From the NCBI GenBank assembly GCA_964188305.1, contig OZ076898.1: a stretch of 64,000 bases of DNA; one strand, written 5' to 3'. This document shows, piece by piece, positions 21,981 through 36,559 of the stretch (positions are counted from its first letter, which is position 1; each line of letters starts with the position of its first letter). The notes below the pieces were generated by a model, which was not told where the DNA came from, did no database searches, and saw only the letters and a list, made by a program, of their open reading frames with translations. The position numbers and the translations under genes are program-made. Source of the DNA: Podarcis bocagei. Its lineage: Eukaryota.

Positions 21981-23199
21981 TTTTAAAAAAAAATTAATCC
22001 TTTTTTCGATACAAACAACAACCGCAAAAGACACATTCAACAAAAACCATAATAACAGTAATAACACAATTTGACAATTCAGATTTGAATACACTGATAT
22101 ACCAAGACTACACCTTTTTAAACAATATTTTCCCACCTCTCTCTCCTCCCTCTACTTCCCACCTCTATCCACCTTATTGCTTAAATATTCGTTCCAGATT
22201 GCTTCATATCTATCCATTCTTGTTTTGCGTCGACATGCAATTCGTTCGTATGTAGCTAATATGTCCATATTATCAATCCATGTGCTCAATGGAATCTTTT
22301 TGCAGCTCTTCCAATTCCTCAAAACAAGTTTTTTTTTGCTTCTAACAGTACATTCATTTTTTTGACCCCTTGAAATCTCCCATGTTTCCAGAATATAATT
22401 TAGAATTAAATTCAATTCCCCTAGATAACAATTTCTTTTTATTACTCTTGCTATAAATATCCTCACCTCGCACCAAAAAGATCTTATCATCAGGCAGTTA
22501 ATCATCATATGTACTAAGTTCGCATTTTTACTCCCACACCTCCAGCAGTTGTCTGCACTTGTTACTTTCTTCTGGTATAGTTTTGCTGGAATCCAGTGGA
22601 CTCTGAATATTATTTTCTGTTGAATAAGTCTCAGTCTTAGACCCATAGAGGCTATTTCTGTTGATTTTATACTTGACTCCCATATATCATTTGTTATCTG
22701 TACCCCTAACTCTTCACTCCATTTTTGTCTGTCATGTTCTAAGTCATATTTCTTCATGTTGAGTAGGGTTTTATATAGTGCAAGTGTAGAGTTTTTTGTT
22801 TTTGTTGCAGAGATTAAATCTTGTAGCAGCATGGGTGTTTCCAATGCTGCTATAGCGTCAGGGCCAAACTGCCTTTCCAACATATGTTTCAATTGGATGT
22901 GTTGCCATTGTGTTTCACTGGTTAATCCATACTTTACTTGCAAAGTCTTATATTCCACAAATTTGTAATTTCCATCAATTAATTGATTCAATGTCAAAAT
23001 ACCTTTTTTATCCAATTTTGCCAAATTATTACTTGATTTCCAATTTTTAATTTTGCGTTGGCCCATATTGTTAATTTCTCAAGCTGATAGGAGTCATCCT
23101 TATTATTTTTATTTATATTCATCCAAATTTTTATAGGTGCTTTAATAGTCTCCAGGATAATAGGATATTTCATAAAATTGGAGCCGAGTTTAGTCCACC
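21981..23199 (-). mobile_element. L1/Tx1-type LINE 3' fragment with 16-bp TSD
   Basis: ORF 22152-23066 with CWRC..H...C zinc knuckle. TSD cttaaaactctcactt at 21965-21980 and 23200-23215; T-rich tail. Confidence 0.88.
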
Positions 23200-24070
23200 C
23201 TTAAAACTCTCACTTAAAATGTTCAGGATTCAACTGATTTCTCATAGATTTTTCTCTATTATGCTTCATGAAGCCAGGAACCCACTGGCAACCCCTTGTA
23301 GGAACTTTCATAATCTAGGTTACCCTGCCTAGCTAGCCCCCAATAAAGCCCTTTTGAAGCTCTAATTTAATCCCTGTCTGAGCCATATCTTACGTTTAAG
23401 CTCTGTCTAAGTGCTTCCCAATTCCTATTTGACAGTTTAACCATAAGGGTCAAACTCTAAACTCTCCACTCCTTCTCGACTGGTTGATAAAACACTCAGC
23501 TCAGCTTGGAATCTGTGTCCCGAGGGCTTTAAAACTTTTTGTTTCTACCCCCTTGATTTGTTTCTATGTCTATGTGCCTTCTTTATTATTGCAAAACTAA
23601 AGATGCAATAATATTAATGAATAAATGAATAAAATGTCAACTTTGAAGCCAAATGCAGACTTCTCTTGTGGTACTTTCTTCTTCTGAATATCTCATTATA
23701 CAGAAGGCCTTTTGTTGATGTGAATCAGTAGATGCCTCAATATCTCTTGCTATCCCGGGGAGATACACGGTTTATTTTGCAAGGTCTCACAGAAATTGTA
23801 ATTCTGAATAGGCTCTTACCTCCCTTATAATTATCTAATTAATTTTGATTACATGCTGCTACTTCTCCAGGTCTCAAGGCAGCTGTAGTAACCATGACAA
23901 AAACACAAAAGACACAAGGATTCCATAACTATCCCCCATCCAATTTGGTCTGAGGGTTTTGTAAATCTGATCATGGACATATTAGATGGCACAGTCAGAG
24001 CCACACATCATCCTGTGTGGGACCATTCAAATCAGGCTGTGGGACTCAACACAGAACCCAGTTAGTTATA

Positions 24071-27000
24071 ATGTGGAGGCAAGAGAATGGGTGTAGTGAA
24101 GGAATTATTTCACAGAAGCTACTGCCATTGGCAGTCCTAGTCTTTTTGCCTCTGGTGGCATACAAGACGCCTGACATCAAATGCAGTGTCAGCAACTCTC
24201 TTCCTATTCTCCACAAGTTCTACCAACCAGGAGACTTCATCATTGCCAGCATTATAGCTCAGATATATAGATTTTCCAATCCAATCTCTTTCAGCCAACT
24301 CCCTTCTAATGACATCTTTGAAGACACTGTGTAGGTTTTTGGTTTTTTAAAGTTCCTTTGTAATGCTATGTATCTGAATGTCATGTATCTGTCCTAGCTA
24401 TGCCACATTACCCTTCAGCTTTGAGATGATAATACTGCTTAGGAGTATTTAAGAATTTCCAGGTTGTAAGGAAGAAACCGTGAGAGAGAAATGACTGGAG
24501 ATGAGGATTATTTTTTTATTTTGGTCCTTTTTTATTACTATGTTTATTGCTTTCTCTGGATTGTTTCTTATTTGCTGTGAAAGTATTGATAAGTGGAAGT
24601 TGCTGTCACTTCAACATAGAGCATCTTCATTGTCCAGAGAAGGTCTCTGTTTCAAATCCCTGACATCTTGAGGTAGGGCAGAGGAAATGTCAGAGACCCA
24701 TGACCAGCTAGTGTAGACACTTCTGAGCTAGAGGGCAGCGTCCTATGTTCCTAAATTACCGTATTTTTCGCTCTATAACATGCACCCGACCATAACAAGC
24801 ACGTAGTTTTTAGAGGAGGAAAATCCATAGGCATGCCACCCATAGGCATTTCCTCCATAACACGCACAGACATTTCCCCTTACTTTCTAGGAGGAAAAAA
24901 GTGAGTGTTATGTTGCAAAAAAATACGGTATTTTTCATTACGTTTGATTTTATTTATATTTGACCCCGTTTTGAAGACCAACACTAAAGGTGATAGTCAG
25001 CTAAGTCATATTCAGAGTAAATCCATTGAAATGAAGGGAATTGGGTTACTTAGTTCAGATATTTCAGTGCATTTACTCAGAGTATGATTTATGCTGGATA
25101 TCATGGTATGTAATCAAATACCTTGAAAATCTGCAGCGCTATTGGACTGTGAGGAATTCCCAAGATGTTCTGAGTGCTGTATCAGCATTGTGCTGGTGAG
25201 CACAACTGCATGTAACAATAGCTCCTCATGCATACTTAGATCTGAACCATTATACTGTAATGTATTCAGTAATAATGCATGGAACTTAAGAGAAGCATAT
25301 GTCATATTTGGGAGCAAATCCACTCTCATAGTGCAAGTAACTCTGTTTGCAGGGTGATGACCCACATCTACCAACATATCCTGGCCTTGATATTTGCTGT
25401 CAAGGAGATCAATGAAAACCCACACATTTTACCGAATGTCACCCTGGGATTCCATATCTATAACAGCTATTTCACTGCAAAATGGACCTATCATGCCTCA
25501 CTGGAACTCTTCTCCACACTGGGCAAATTAACTCCCAACTACAAATGTAATAGACAAAACAATCCAGGAGCAGTCATTGGGGGACCTGTCTCTGAAGTCT
25601 GTCACCACGTGGGAGATATCCCAAGCATCTATAAGATTCCACAGGTAAGATGTATGAATGCAGTAGGAAAGGTTAGCAAGGCATTTGCTCATCTGTTTAC
25701 ATGTAAACAGTTTCCTTTCAGAAGTTTTATTTGCAATGTTTTGTCATGTGAGGCTTCCAGAAGTCAGAGTATTAAAAAACTCCTTCTGCATCAAGTCAGG
25801 AGCCTATCTAATCCTGCATTCTGTTCTCAAAGTGGCCAATCAAATGCCTTTGGGAAGTCCACAAGCAGGACATGAGCACAACATCATTCTCCACACTTCA
25901 CAGCAATTGGTATCCAGTATTGTGCATAAGATTCCACAGATAAGATGCATGCACTTTGATTGCTAAAACCTTTAACATTTCAAGGTATGACCTTGGATAA
26001 CGTCGGACATATAAAATAGATAATTGAAAGTGAGGTATTTCATGCAACACTGTCAAATAAATAACAAATTCCAACATATAGTAAAAAAGATTACCAAACT
26101 CAAAATGATCAGCAGATATATTGCTTTCAGTCAGCTTGTGTCCAGTCGAGGTTGCAAGTGTTCAAAAAATAAAATAGAACATTAAGAATAACAAGGAACA
26201 ACATCCAAAGGATCTTAAGCGGAATTCCAATGTAATTATTGAATCCTGTAACACAATATTTAAATTGTGGTAGCCTGTAAAGGTACAACAGTAAACTGAA
26301 GGTGAGAAAGCCAATAATAGATGAAAATTTTGAAACTGCCCTCCTCTGCATAGTGGAAGTAAATCATATTATTTCTATGGATTGCAGGATGAAATAACTG
26401 CCATTTTGTTATAAATTTGTCAAAGCAAAAAAACAATATCATGGGAAAATACCACACTTATTTTGATTGGAAGCTAGACTGCTATGAACAATTTCTATAT
26501 CTTACTGTAATGTGGACTTCTGGAATTTCTGCTGCTCGTCATGTTATTAAGAATTTTTTTTAAATCTCCTGCTTTATCTTCTGTAGTGTCTTAGAATATT
26601 AAATCCAATGTCTCCTCTTATTTTCTTAGTGATCAAGGAGGTCAGTTAACTCTGTTAGTTTGTAGAAGGATTTTCTTTTCTTTTTCATACTCAGTACCGT
26701 AGCTTCATTTTTGTTTTTCTCTAGATGATTTTCAATACTGTCAAAGGCTTTTTCTTAAATGCAGAGTGTGGATTTTGTACTTCATCATTAACTGCTTCCT
26801 TCATTGCTGTTGCAGAAGTGACCTCTCTGTCTTCAAATTTCTCTCCGTTGATGGTCATTCTGTGTTCATTGTTCTTATTCTATTTCTCTGCGTAAGATTA
26901 CAGCAAATCAGGAGGAGGAGACACGTAGTTATTTTGTCTGATGCATCTGTTTGGAAGAACAAATAAATCCTTAGAATCAGAGTTCTGTTTAATTTGATCA

Positions 27001-30000
27001 AATCAGTTATAAAGACAGGGGTTGGAGCTGCTTAGCTAAAAGCTTGTAGTACTCAATTTAAATTAAGGGGGAGATCAAAGGAGAAGGAATTCCTTCTCCA
27101 TCAGACAGCTTGTTATATATCCTCTATGTCCGACCCGTCAATCCTGATCGGTCAGTCGATCACGGGATAGATCTGGGTCAATGGCGGGCCCAAGGCAGCT
27201 GGAGCACAGCATGCTCCTCAACAACCAGAAAGACAATGGCTCCAAAGCTGGGCTTGAAAGAGCTCCGCAGCCCAGCTGGTTTGAGAAGAAACAGAGAGAG
27301 AGGTGCTGGGGGGGGGGAGAGAGGTGAGAAGGAGCCGGGTCTCTGACGAGGGAAGGCGGGATCAGGACCAGCAACAGCATCGCCTGCACAGAGATGGAGG
27401 GAGGCAGGAGGAGAAGACAGGCTCTCTTTTAAAAAAAAATATTTTTATTGAGTTTTACATTATTGTTTTTTCCATAATCACATCATGACAAATAATAACT
27501 AATTAAATTCCCTGCATCCCCCCACCTGACTTCCCTCAACTTCCCCTTCTGGTTTATTACATTTAAACTTGTCTGCAATACTTTCTTGCTTTTTGAAGCC
27601 TAAGATTTTGGGGTGAAGGAGGCCGGCCCTCGGTTTCCCATCACTGCTCTATCATTAATCACCACTTTATTACATCTGTCAAGAGCTCATGACAGATGCA
27701 ACCAACCTGCTATGGCTTCTCCCCGGAAGTCCAGGACCTGGCTCCAATTCCAACCTGATTGCTTCCTGCCAACCACCATGCACTCCTCAAAATAGATCTT
27801 AAATAGCTGGAAGGAAAGTGCTAATAAAAAAATGAAAATTTTAAAGTATCATCTAAAGTATCGTTCACACTCTGTGGCCTGGTGGAGCAGCAACCAGTAA
27901 TGGCAGGGTCAGAGAGGGGTGCTTACCTAACCTCCCTGAACTGATGTCATTACAGTGCTTCAGATGGGGTGGCAGGAGTGTCAGAGAAGTCAGCCTGATA
28001 CAAATGCAATAGTGGGACTGTCATATTGACATCAACAGTGTATTTGCACTACAAAGAACTCACTTCCGCATCACCACTCCTACATGCCTTTCCAAAACAC
28101 CACAGAATCTCTGAACACACCTAATTGGTCTTTTTCTCCTCACATAACTTTTAAAATTTCCATTAGATCATATACGGCTCTCCGGCAGTGATAGATAAGA
28201 AAACCCAAGCTGCTTTCTATCACCAAATGTTCCCAAATTTGGAGCATCAATATGAGGCAATTGTCCGGATACTGCTATATTTCAAGTGGACATGGATTGG
28301 AGTAATTTCTGGGCAGGATGACAATGGAGAGAGATTTGAACAAAATGTGATCCACAAATTTTCCCAGAGAGGTATCTGCTTTGATTTCATAGCGAGAATT
28401 CCCAAAATGTCTTTTACCAGTGATATTGAGAAGATGGTGGAAGAAGGATTTGCAATGAAAGAAAGCATTATGAGGAGCACTGTCAATGCATTGGTCATGC
28501 ATGGTGAAATTGAAACCATGCTCATCCTGAGGGCATTCTCCCATGTTTTAGCACATGAGCTTCCCTCAACAAAAAGAAATGATAAAGTTTGGATTATGAC
28601 AGCACAGATGGAGTTCACTTCCTTTACTTTACAAAGAGATTGGGACCTAGGCTTCCTACATGGTGCTATATCCTTTGCTGTTCACTCCAGTGAGGTTGTA
28701 GGATTCCAGAAATTTCTTCTGTTGAGAAACCCTTCTTCAGAGAAAGAAGATGGCTTCCTTAGGGTTTTCTGGGAGCAGGCATTTGGGTGTCAGTTCCCCA
28801 ACTCTATGGTAGACCTACAGGATAAAGACATCTGCAGTGGAGAAGAGAAGTTGGAGACCCTTCCTGCATCTGTTATTGAAATGAGCATGACTGGCCACAG
28901 CTACAGTGTCTACACAGCTGCCTTTGCAGTAGCACATGCATTGCAGGCCATGCATTCATCTAGATACAAAGACAGAGTGATAGTAAATGGAGGAGTGAAA
29001 CTTCAGAATCAAGAGTTGTGGAAGGTAATGTCCTGAATACACTAAGAACAAAGGAGGAAGGGCTTCCTATAGCAGACAATCAGACAGCTTGGGGAAGCCA
29101 TCAAGCAGAACATTCTGGCAATAGTCTTCTCCCACTTCTCCCACACACTATATCTACGATGACCAGGCGTAAAGTTTTTCAAGAGTTTTGGGATGAAGTG
29201 GGAATGATCCACAGCCTTTGACATATCCATTAATTGTTTTTTCTTTATGCCCGCTTTCTTTAGCTTAACCACTTTGTTAAGAGAATAGTATTTAATAATA
29301 CTGTTGGGGAAAAGGTTTCCTTCAATGAAAATGGAGAGATAGAGGCTGGATTTGATATTATAAACTGGATCACATTTCCAAATCAGTCCTTTCAGAGAAT
29401 CAAAGTTGGAAAGATAGACTCCATGGCTCCCCAAGAAGAAGTGTTGAGGATTTGGGATGAAGCCTTTGTGTGGCCCAGCAGTTTTAACCAGGTGAGGTCC
29501 ATTCGTATTTTGCACCATATCCATTACTTCCAGAGTTATTCACAGTTCCCAATGTTGATATACAAGCTATCAAAAGAGAAAACCTCTTCTTTCATTTGTG
29601 GACAGGTGCAGCCCCTTTCTCTTTGTAATGATAAATGCCCTTTGGGTTACTATAAAGCAAAGAAGGAAGGGGAGCCATTTTGCTGCTATGATTGCATTCT
29701 GTGTCCACAAGGGAAGTTTTCCAACCAAACAGGTAATGCATAACATGCCTAGAGCCTATCAAATGTACCTTCACTCAGGTATTAAGACATTCATTTTCAT
29801 TATGTTGAGATAATAGTTAAGAATTCGAGCACAATTCAAAGTGTTGGTGCTGACCTTTAAAGCCCTAAACGGCCTCGGTCCAGTATACCTGAAGGAGCGT
29901 CTCCACCCCCATCAGTCTGCCCGGACGCTGAGGTCCAGCGCCGAGGGCCTTCTGGTGGTTCCCTCATTGCGAGAAGTGAGGCTACAGGGAACCAGGCAGA

Positions 30001-32606
30001 GGGCCTTCTCGGTAGTGGCGCCCGCCCTGTGGAACGCCCTTCCAGCAGATGTCAAAGCGATAAACAACTACCTGACATTCAGGAGACATCTTAAGGCAGC
30101 CCTGTTCAGGGAAGTTTTTAACGTGTGACACAAGTTTTACTGTATTTTTGGTTTTTATGGAAGCCGCCCAGAGTGGCTGGGGAGGCCCAGCCAGATGGGC
30201 GGGGTATAAATAATAAATTATTATTATTATTATTATTATAATTCAGTGAAAAATGTGGTTCTTGATATGAGGTAAAGTCTGATAAAGTTAACCATAGCAG
30301 TCCCAAGTCATTGAGGTTATTATTTGCACCAAAAAGGAAAGAAAAAACCATCACCCTTTCGGAAGAAGATATCATGATTGTTTGAAGGGGAAACTGAAGA
30401 TTGCAGAGTTACAAAAAAGAAATTTTTGGAAATAGCTAGAGGTGTATTGATCCTTCCCTTTTATTAGTATTATTTTTTAATACTTTATTGACAATCTTAT
30501 ACAACAAATATAGTCAAAACAAAATTTAAAAAATCCTTCCAGTAGCACCTTAGAGACCAACTATATTTGTTATTGGTATGAACTTTCGTGTGCATGCACA
30601 TTTCTTCAGATACTGAATTTGTTAACAAACAATAAACTTAATTTATATTTCTACTATCTCTTGTTTTCTTCTCTATTTATTAACATAGATTAAAAAAAAC
30701 CACCACATAATTGGACTTCCTATCATTTCCCGATGTGTATTTTCTTTCTGCTTGTGAATATACCTAACATTATCTTATCCTTTGTTTCCTTTCTAATACA
30801 TTCTTAGAACAGTACTTAACCTTTGACTTATTTGATTTATATTTCATTAATCCAGTATCAATCAAATGCTGCTATAGACTTTATACCACTGTTGTAATTT
30901 CATGAATATCTATTATATTTTTGCGCAAATGCTTGCCTTGTGTTGCCTCTCAAGCTGTTAGTCACTTGCGCCATTTCTACATATTCCTGCAACTTGTTTT
31001 GCCAGTCCATTATAGTTGGACAATTTTCTCCTTTCCAGTTCATTGCTATCAATGTTTGGGCTGCTGCTGTGTCATATAAAAATATTTCTCTTAATTTTTT
31101 TGGAATGTCATTGCCTATGATGCTTAGTAAAAAGGCCTCTGGCTTTTTTAGAAAGGTTAACCCAATTTTTCCCCCCACTTCGTCATAAACAAGACACCAA
31201 GTTGATGTTTACAAATTTGTACTATATATTAAAAGAAGTGGTTGGAATAATGTGTGCATGGGAGCATAACTAAATATAGAATTTTTCACTTCTCTGACTA
31301 TGGAACACAGTACTCACCAGTTTATACCTATCAAATTACTCTTTTTGACAGAAAACCAACATATTCCACAATTATTTTTAGGGATCAATTGATCAGTTAT
31401 TTCTAGTCAATGAAAATCTGGCATATATACAAGTAAAGAGCAAGTAAAATTCTCAAGAATTTTCATGTTAAGTGATAACATGTAAACTGAGTTTCACCCA
31501 AAAATCTTGCATTGAGGAGGGTGAGGGGAGAAGGAAGCAAATCATCACTGAATGTGCCTGAATCTTGGATATAGGGAAAGGAAGCAGAAGAATCTTTTGG
31601 AATATACCTTTCAACTCATATTTAATATTTTGTCATTATTTTGGATTATTTTAGTAGGAAAAAAATTGTGCTGCAATGCATAGAAGCTTGAATTATTTAT
31701 TTTTCAGACATGGATGAATGCCTTCAGTGCCCACAAGATCATTACCCAAACATGGAACGGGATTCATGCATTCCAAAGGACATCAGTTTCTTGTCTTATA
31801 GAGAACCTTTGGGGATCACTTTGACTGCTTTTGCTCTTTCCCTTTCTTTCATCACAGCTTTGGTGCTTTGGGTCTTCATTAAGCACCGGGAAACTCCCAT
31901 AGTTAAAGCCAACAACCGGAACCTCTCCTACACTCTCCTCACCTCCCTCTTTCTTGCCTTCCTTTGTGCTTTGCTATTCATCGGTCAACCTGAGAAAGTG
32001 ACATGTCTCCTTCGACAAACAGCATTTGGCATCATCTTTTCAGTGGCAGTTTCTTGTGTGTTGGCCAAGACAATCATTGTGGTCCTTGCTTTCAGAGTCA
32101 CCAAACCAGGTTCCAGGATGAGGAAATGGGTGGGGAAACAACAGGCCACCTCCATAGTTCTTTCCTGCTTCCTGATTCAAGCCGTTCTTTGTAGTGTTTG
32201 GCTGGCTATGTCTCCCCCATTCCCAGATTTGGATATGCACTCTGTGACTAAAGAAATAGTTCTGGAATGTAATGAAGGCTCAGTCTCCATGTTCTACTGT
32301 GTCTTGGGCTTTATGGGCTTACTGGCCACTGCCAGCTTCACTATAGCCTTCTTAGCCAGGAAGTTACCTGACAGTTTTAATGAAGCCAAGTTCATCACCT
32401 TCAGCATGCTGGTTTTTTGCAGTGTGTGGCTTTCATTTGTTCCAACCTATCGGAGCACAAGAGGAAAATATATGGTGGCTGTGGAGATCTTCTCTATCTT
32501 AGCCTCCAGTGCTGGTTTACTCGGCTGTATATTTTCCCCAAAATGTTATATTATTCTGATGAGGCCTCAGCTGAATAGTAGGGAGCAACTAAGAAGAAAG
32601 GATTGA
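24071..32606 (+). CDS. Vomeronasal type-2 receptor V2R-A2 (paralog of A1), 6 exons, 887 aa, intact
   Basis: Exons 24071-24330, 25353-25644, 28167-29024, 29264-29491, 29606-29732, 31708-32606. Exon lengths are identical to A1 (260/292/858/228/127/899). Confidence 0.95.
24612..24752 (+). mobile_element. Old tRNA-derived SINE (Squam2-like)
   Basis: Degenerate similarity to 38198-38375. Confidence 0.5.
24759..24928. mobile_element. Tc2/pogo-like MITE (short member)
   Basis: TA|ccgtatttttcg...aaaaatacgg|TA. Confidence 0.85.
29828..30238 (+). mobile_element. L2 LINE 3' fragment in V2R-A2 intron 5
   Basis: [30 protein letters not shown] and (TTA)n tail; absent from the paralogous site at about 42097-42101. 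Confidence 0.88.
30470..31190 (-). mobile_element. L1-type LINE 3' fragment
   Basis: ORF 30900-31178 ([21 protein letters not shown]) and T-rich tail. Confidence 0.7.
30542..30613 (-). mobile_element. Short Penelope-type pLTR remnant with degenerate hammerhead motif
   Basis: Minus strand reads gtat CTGAAGA a atgtgcatgcacac GAAA gtt ca tac ... ggtctctaaggtgctac. Confidence 0.7.
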
Positions 32607-33852
32607 CAAATCTAACATTCTGTAGCCCATATCCATCTTAAGTTAGTTGTGATAAAGGAACGTGGTATTTCCAACCATTTTGGTATTATCCCATTCAATT
32701 GATAGCCTTCATGTCATAGTTTAATGAGAAATGGGAACTATGTAACTTTTGCATTTTTCTTCCCTCAATAAATTGTAAATATAATGCAAATGGAAGAAAA
32801 GATACATTGAATGCTCCTTGGCCACCTCAAAAATAAGCATTAAAAAAACACTCACACAGCAGCTGAGGATTACTGCAGAACGTCCCCCTCCCTTTAGATA
32901 ATTTTTGAATGCAATTAATTTTCTTAAGACAGAATGCTTGTATAATTTGCATAATTAATTTTTGGAACAAAACTAACACCTTCTTTCAGTCTTCTCCTGC
33001 AAATTGAGATCATAGCCACATTACACACTCTTTAGAAGTTTATTTTAATTGCTTTTAATCTCAGTTAACAATGTGAACATGAAAAATGATGTCATTATTT
33101 CACCGAAAGGGAATAAAGAAATGGTTAAGGTAAATATCAGCTGGTGCTTATAGTAATGTTTCAAAGTAAGCAGACAATTGAAGCCGTCCTATTTTTAAAA
33201 CACTTTCTCAGGTCTTCACTGAGGCTGAACCAAACAGCAAACTATTTCAATTTTGATCCCAAAGTTGTTCAACTATTTCCTCTCCAAAACATTCCTCCAC
33301 TTTAATAGTATTGTGACGAGGAGAGGAGGAGCCCATTGTGTGAGAATTTTGTATATTTGAGAAATAATGTCCTTACCTAGAGGCTTGGACCTTTCAAGAA
33401 GTTGTTCAAAACTATTTAGGTTACATAGTGCCTGAGCTCATATACTTGTTTGGTTTAGAACATGCATGACCTGGTATATCTATAGCCAGCTACAGGCTAT
33501 GTCACTCAATATAAAGTTAATTTCTGAAATAGTAAGAGGATTGTGATTATTTTCTTAAAAAATCAGTTAATTTGTAGAGCCCCATTTGAGTGTGCTCATG
33601 CTGAGTTTCAACCCCTTGTATTTTATGAATTAAGTTGCTGTTTACTATATGTTTCTCTTTTAAAATCCCATTTCTATCATTTATGAGTGTTTTCCCTAAG
33701 AAAACTGAAAGCAGATTGTAAGGGTCAAGTTTCCAAGATTTTATTCCAATCCTTGGCAAAAATCTGTGTGCCAATATCTCGTTCCTATATCTTTTTAAGA
33801 GGTTCCATAAATCTCTAAATTGCCACTCAGCAATATAGTGTACACTTTAGAA

Positions 33853-34149
33853 CATGGGTAGGCAAACTAGGGCCCGGGGGCCAGATGCGGCCCAATCGCC
33901 TTCTAAATCCAGCCTATGGGTGGTTTGGGAATCAGCGTGTTTTTACATGAGTAGAATGTGTCCTTTTATTTAAAATGCATCTCTTGTGGGGCCTGCCTGG
34001 TGTTTTTACATGAGTAGTATATGTGCTTTTATTGTGGGGCATAGGAATTTGTTCATTCCCCCACCCGCCAAAAAAATTATAGTCCAGCCCCTCACAAGGT
34101 CTGAGGGACAGTGGACCGGCCCTCTACTGAAAAAGTTTGCTGACCCCTG
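33853..34149. mobile_element. hAT (Charlie-like) MITE
   Basis: Perfect 8-bp TSD ctttagaa (33845-33852, 34150-34157); imperfect TIRs catgggtaggcaaact / agtttgctgacccctg. Confidence 0.85.
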
Positions 34150-36559
34150 CTTTAGAAATTAATCATGTTCTCTCTCTACCCCTTTGGTTTAAGAAATTTT
34201 TAAATTGTGTTAATGACCTCAGAGCTTCTGGTTTTATATGTTTGTTAATAATAAAACGAGGTTTTTTGTGTTAGGTCAGTTTGTGTTATGGTTTTGGGAA
34301 AAATTCCTTTGATCAACAGATGGAAGTTGATTGAAATTCCTATTTCATAAGGTAACCAATTTTATTCCCTCTATATGATGTTGGACTACAACTTCCATGA
34401 CCCCTGACTTAATGACCATGCTGCTTAGAGTTGGTGGAAGTTATCAGATTCAGGATGCCTCTGAATGCATCGTCCTTCCTGCTCTGGAAAAAGAAAGCCC
34501 CAAAGGTGTATCCCTGTATATTTCCCCTCCAGCACAGCACCCTGGGGTGCACCTTGCCTCTGGGCAGCTCAGGATAAAGAGAGCTCTGGCAACCCCTGCT
34601 TGCTCTTGCTCCCTCTCTCCCCCTGCTTTTGTGATCATTGACCTCCTCCCCCCCCCCAGACAATTGGCAAAACAACAACTGGTTGATAATGATGCAAAGG
34701 AAAGCACCAAAGGGGGTTGGAACAGTCCCCATGGCATAGGTCCCCTGCCTTTCATTATCTTACTGAATCTAAACCTTCATAAAATAAGAAGGTCAGAGAG
34801 AAAATAAAAACAGCCTGCAGCCCATCTCCATAATTAATTCCAATGGGTCTTCAGTAGGCAGCTGCAGATACTTCACACTTCTGTGCTGAAGGAGGAAACC
34901 ACTAGGCACAAGGCTGCCAAGATCCTGCCACAAGCCATCTTTTGGAAGCAGCACAGAGATCACTGACCTCCATCATTGGTGCACATTTGGAAAAAAATGG
35001 CACAGGTCTCACTGCATAATTACTGGTAGTTTCGACAATCAGCTTTACTGTTCAGTATCCTGCCTTGGAAAGTGAAGCGAAGCCCACTTTCTTGAGGAGT
35101 AAAATCAGAGAGAAGCATGAAGGTAAAGTCCTGTTAAGCCATTTGGAATTGAGATTGGTATCTGAGGGAGGGAGGGAAGTCCATCCCTATCATTAGGCGG
35201 AGTGACAATGGGCCACAGATGCGGGGGCGCAGGCAACAGTGGTGAGGTGCTGGAGAACAGCTGTGTGTCTTGTGGCCCCATGCATTTCTGTCCCATCACT
35301 AATGTCAAAATCAGATTCAACCACTGGTCTAGTTGATTTCAGTACATGGCAGTACACTTAATTAAAGAATTTGTCACTTTTTAATAAAAGTTCTTAAATA
35401 GTTTATATAAAATAATACTAAACATTCACATAGAAATACTTACACAATTTACCAGACTGATCTGTAGCTGATTGAAATTTGATGTTCAAGAGTCCTGGAC
35501 AGTGGTGGAGGAAGGAGGGCAGTGTCCTCCATGTTTTCTTCTGTTTTTAAAAGGGGAAATATGTGGGGACTGTGAGGTTGCTTGGAGCAGCAGTGCAATG
35601 AATTCAGGGTGGGCAGGGTAAGGGGAGCCAGGGAAAGAACTGAAGGTTTCAGCTGTGGTGGAAAAATATTGTCAAACAGCAAGTCTGCATTTCACTGATC
35701 AGTAGGTCTGCCCATCGAGAAATAACAGAGTGGGAGGAATATGATCATTAGGTTCTCAAAGGCAGTCAATACTCAGCTTAACAGACATGGTGCCAGGCCT
35801 CGCCACCACATTTTGTACTTTGCTGCATCTCTCCTGGATAAAAAATCATGCAGATGCCCGAGTGGCCAGACTGCTGCTGATCCCAATGGAACATATCTTC
35901 TTGCAAATACGACTTTTAAAAACCAGGTTATTGCATTAGCATCCAGACTTTGAAAATTTTCATATATGCAAGAGCAGGAACCTTTTTTCTGATCTACGGA
36001 GAGTGAGGGGAAGATCAGTCTTCTCCTTTTGGTTTCATCTTCATAAGAGAGAATCTTGCCAGTTAAAGGAGAAAGAACATTCTCTCAAGTCAGTGGGCAC
36101 GACCACGATGCGTACAGCCTTCGCTTCCTGTGTCTGAGTGGGAGACTGAGACTGGAGTCACAGGGCAGTGTTCTCTGAACAAGTTCTCTCCTTCAGTGGA
36201 CAGCCAGATGCCGCCTTTCATTTAAGGACCAAGGCACACTGGTTTGAGGGTTGTGGGGAGAGACGAAGGGGTGCCTAGGTGATCTCTGAAGCCCAACTTG
36301 TTTGAGGGGAGAGAGAGAGATGGTTGGGGGGAGAGGAGGGAGGCGAGAAGGAGCAAAGTGGGATCAGGACCAGCAACAGCATCACCTGCACGGCATTCAT
36401 GGGGGGGGGGGTGGTTGGCTATCTTTGACAGATTTCAATTTCGGGGGGGGGGTGACAAAAAAAATTCCACACCAGTACCACCTAACCTTGCTATGCCTCT
36501 GGTCCTGGGGAATGGATAACTGTTCAAAATATGTTGGGCTTTAGTGACATATAGACATA

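Noticed and set aside
34820-34850. Homeodomain (TAATTA) and O/E-like sites as OR or V2R promoters
   Set aside because: Short motifs in AT-rich DNA; conservation between copies is explained by recent duplication, and there is no TSS evidence.
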